A DNA stretch of 63,790 nucleotides, the filler included, from Octopus bimaculoides (taxonomy: Eukaryota), in NCBI RefSeq assembly GCF_001194135.2. It is 6 parts of 5 records of this genome, joined end to end, with 100 filler letters (N's around TTAATTAATTAA, not from the genome) between each part and the next. Parts side by side here need not be neighbours in the genome. Positions count along the whole stretch, not along the records: positions 57,603 to 63,790 come from NC_068994.1; 5 more parts are not named here. One strand, 5' to 3'. The notes under the pieces are model-generated. The model saw nothing but the letters and a program-made list of their open reading frames with translations. It did no database searches and was not told the origin of the DNA. The position numbers and the translations under genes were made by a program. This document shows, piece after piece, positions 61,760-63,790 of this stretch. Within the stretch, counting starts at the first letter, position 1. The number at the start of each line of letters is the position of its first letter.

Positions 61760-63790
61760 GGACAATACAAAACAGACTTACCACCTTACCGCCCGGGTTC
61801 AAGACTGCCCGTACTTTGAGATTTAAGGATTTCCAGAATAGCACTGTTACACCACCACCTGCTCCTGACAGACCACAGGATGAAAATATCTCATATCTTC
61901 GAAAATGGATGCTAGAGCATGGTTTCTGAAAACTCTTGTCTCACTAGTGACGGCCACTTCTAAATCAAGTGACCTGAGATCGTTGAGCAAGTGACTTTAC
62001 TTCTATGCTAACCTCAAGTCTCGCACATTCACAAGCCCCACTTTCAGCGCAAGCATGTTAGTCGAAGAAAGAAAAAAAGGGAACCACTCAGCTTGATTTC
62101 CAGGACTTCTCTTCGAGCGAATGCTTTTTAAACAGCTCAGCTAAGTGTCCATTAAAAGTTCACTGGGAATCCTCCCATATTGTTTTGTAGAAGTCCGAAG
62201 ACGTTTTTATTAAAAGTCTGTCCTTCGGGGTTTCGTGGATGAAATCCTCACACTCCACCTCTGTCTAGATTTTATCTTTCTTTTTAATTAGGTAATCCAT
62301 CAAGTCACCATTGCTTTTATTCATAAGAGTAAAGTTGATAGACACATTTTGTGCACCTTGTAAATTGGTTTCCCTTAACAGTTTCACTTTTGACTTTTGT
62401 AGATTTTGTGTTTTCTTGTTGTTGATGATGGTGTTGCTGTTGTTGATATAGATGTTGCTGTCGATGTTGGGGATGATCTTACTGCTGCTGCTGTTGTTGT
62501 TGATGATGTTGATGGTGATGTTGCTGTTATTTTGTTGGAGTCGTTATGAAGTAGGCTGTAGATGTGGTTTTGAGTTTGTAGTTGCCTTTGTTGATTTCTC
62601 AGAGTGAGACTCTGTACTCACTTCCTTTTTCTCTTGGCCTTTGGAGACTGTTTGCCATCTTTGGCCTGATCTTTCTTCTCTAAGTCATTCCCCAAGGAAT
62701 CGGTAGTAGATGGCAAAATTTGAGCGAACGTGGAAGTCGACTCGTTATTGCTGATTTGCGGAGCAGGAAGTTTCAGAAGAGTTTGCTGTTCAGTGGGAGC
62801 AAGGGCAAAATATTTTGCTGCCGAAGTTTTGGTATAGGAGTCCTCACCTGCTGATGGAGTTGTCGTAGATGCGGCTGTCAACAAGGGTAGTTTCGGTTTC
62901 TTTATGGGTTTTACTTCCTCTCTGCCCTCAACCATAACAATTATGGGACCCATACTTTCCCTGTAAACTATGGTAGTTTTCTGCTGTCTTTCGGATTTCA
63001 AAGCTAGAATATTACCATACTCATCCAGTATCATCCCGAAATACTGGATGTCAAACTCCATAGGTTCATTTGGAAAAAGTAACCTTATTTACTCGTCTAC
63101 CTAGAAAAGATGGGATGAAAATATGCTAATCTGAGGAGCAAATTTGCAAGGCCATCTTTATTGCTGCCTCTTGGCTATGGCATACAACAACGAAAGATCG
63201 AAATCTCTCGCTTTCCTGACGTGCCAGATCGAAGCCCAGGCATCTTTCAAGCATTTTTCTACCTGTGTTGGAATCAGATTTTCGATCCACCTGGTTTTCT
63301 TATTAAGAAAACGCTAGACTACAGTTCTTTTTGTGATACGATCTTTATCGCCTGGTGGTAGAAAGAGATTAGGTTTTACAAGGTATTTTCAGAAATTTTT
63401 ACCAAAATCACTGTTGAAGAAGTGCTTCAGTAATTTTGACAACAGATGCGTTGGCTTTCTTGTTGTTGTTGCCATTGTTGTTGTTATTGTTGTTGTTTTC
63501 CTGCTGCTGCTTCTGCTGTTGTTGTTATTGTTGTTCGTACTGGAGGGCGTAGCTTCGTGTGTCTCCCGAAGCTCTGTAAGTTGTTGCCGTTTTTACCCGG
63601 AAATCTTTTGAAATCTGTTTTAAATTTTATATATTGTTGTAGCCAAGCCGACTAGGTTCTTGCGGAGCTAGTCGGTTAGGCGAGATTTCCCCCATTTAGG
63701 GGTGAATTCTTCGTTTGAAAAACTTCCATTTTCACATTTCACACGTATCATATCTGAAAAATGTCGGAAAAAAAATAACAAGCTGTTCTC
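61760..63790 (-). mobile_element. Tx1/L1-like LINE: decayed ORF1 and start of ORF2 AP endonuclease (ATG at 62056)
   Basis: MLALKVGLVNVRDL..LEVAVTSETR..GGGVTVLFWKSL (APE N-terminus). The upstream ORF1-like region contains low-complexity CAA tracts. Confidence 0.7.

Overview
AT-rich, microsatellite-dense, gapped eukaryotic (animal) genomic DNA. The tRNA-derived SINE families and repeat landscape look like those of an octopod cephalopod, probably Octopus; this is inferred from memory, not from a database hit. Five 100-nt N44-TTAATTAATTAA-N44 spacers show the window is six scaffold pieces stitched together. Most recognisable sequence is decayed transposons: R4/Dong-like REL LINEs in (TAA)n, Penelope-like elements (Naiad-type GIY-YIG), RTE LINEs, a Tx1/L1-like LINE, Gypsy LTR remnants, a Helitron, pogo/Tigger-like MITEs, a foldback element and several SINE families. 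No complete host gene is visible. Best leads: (i) a promoter plus signal-peptide first exon at 58.5-58.7 kb ending in a possible EF-hand loop; (ii) two well-formed and one decayed hammerhead ribozyme motifs tied to Penelope-like elements, one with an unusual branched stem II; (iii) a TSD-bounded microsatellite-LINE-microsatellite cassette inside a foldback element; (iv) a CpG-depleted block whose edges coincide with scaffold joins; (v) a weaker two-exon small secreted-peptide candidate at 22.1-23.7 kb.
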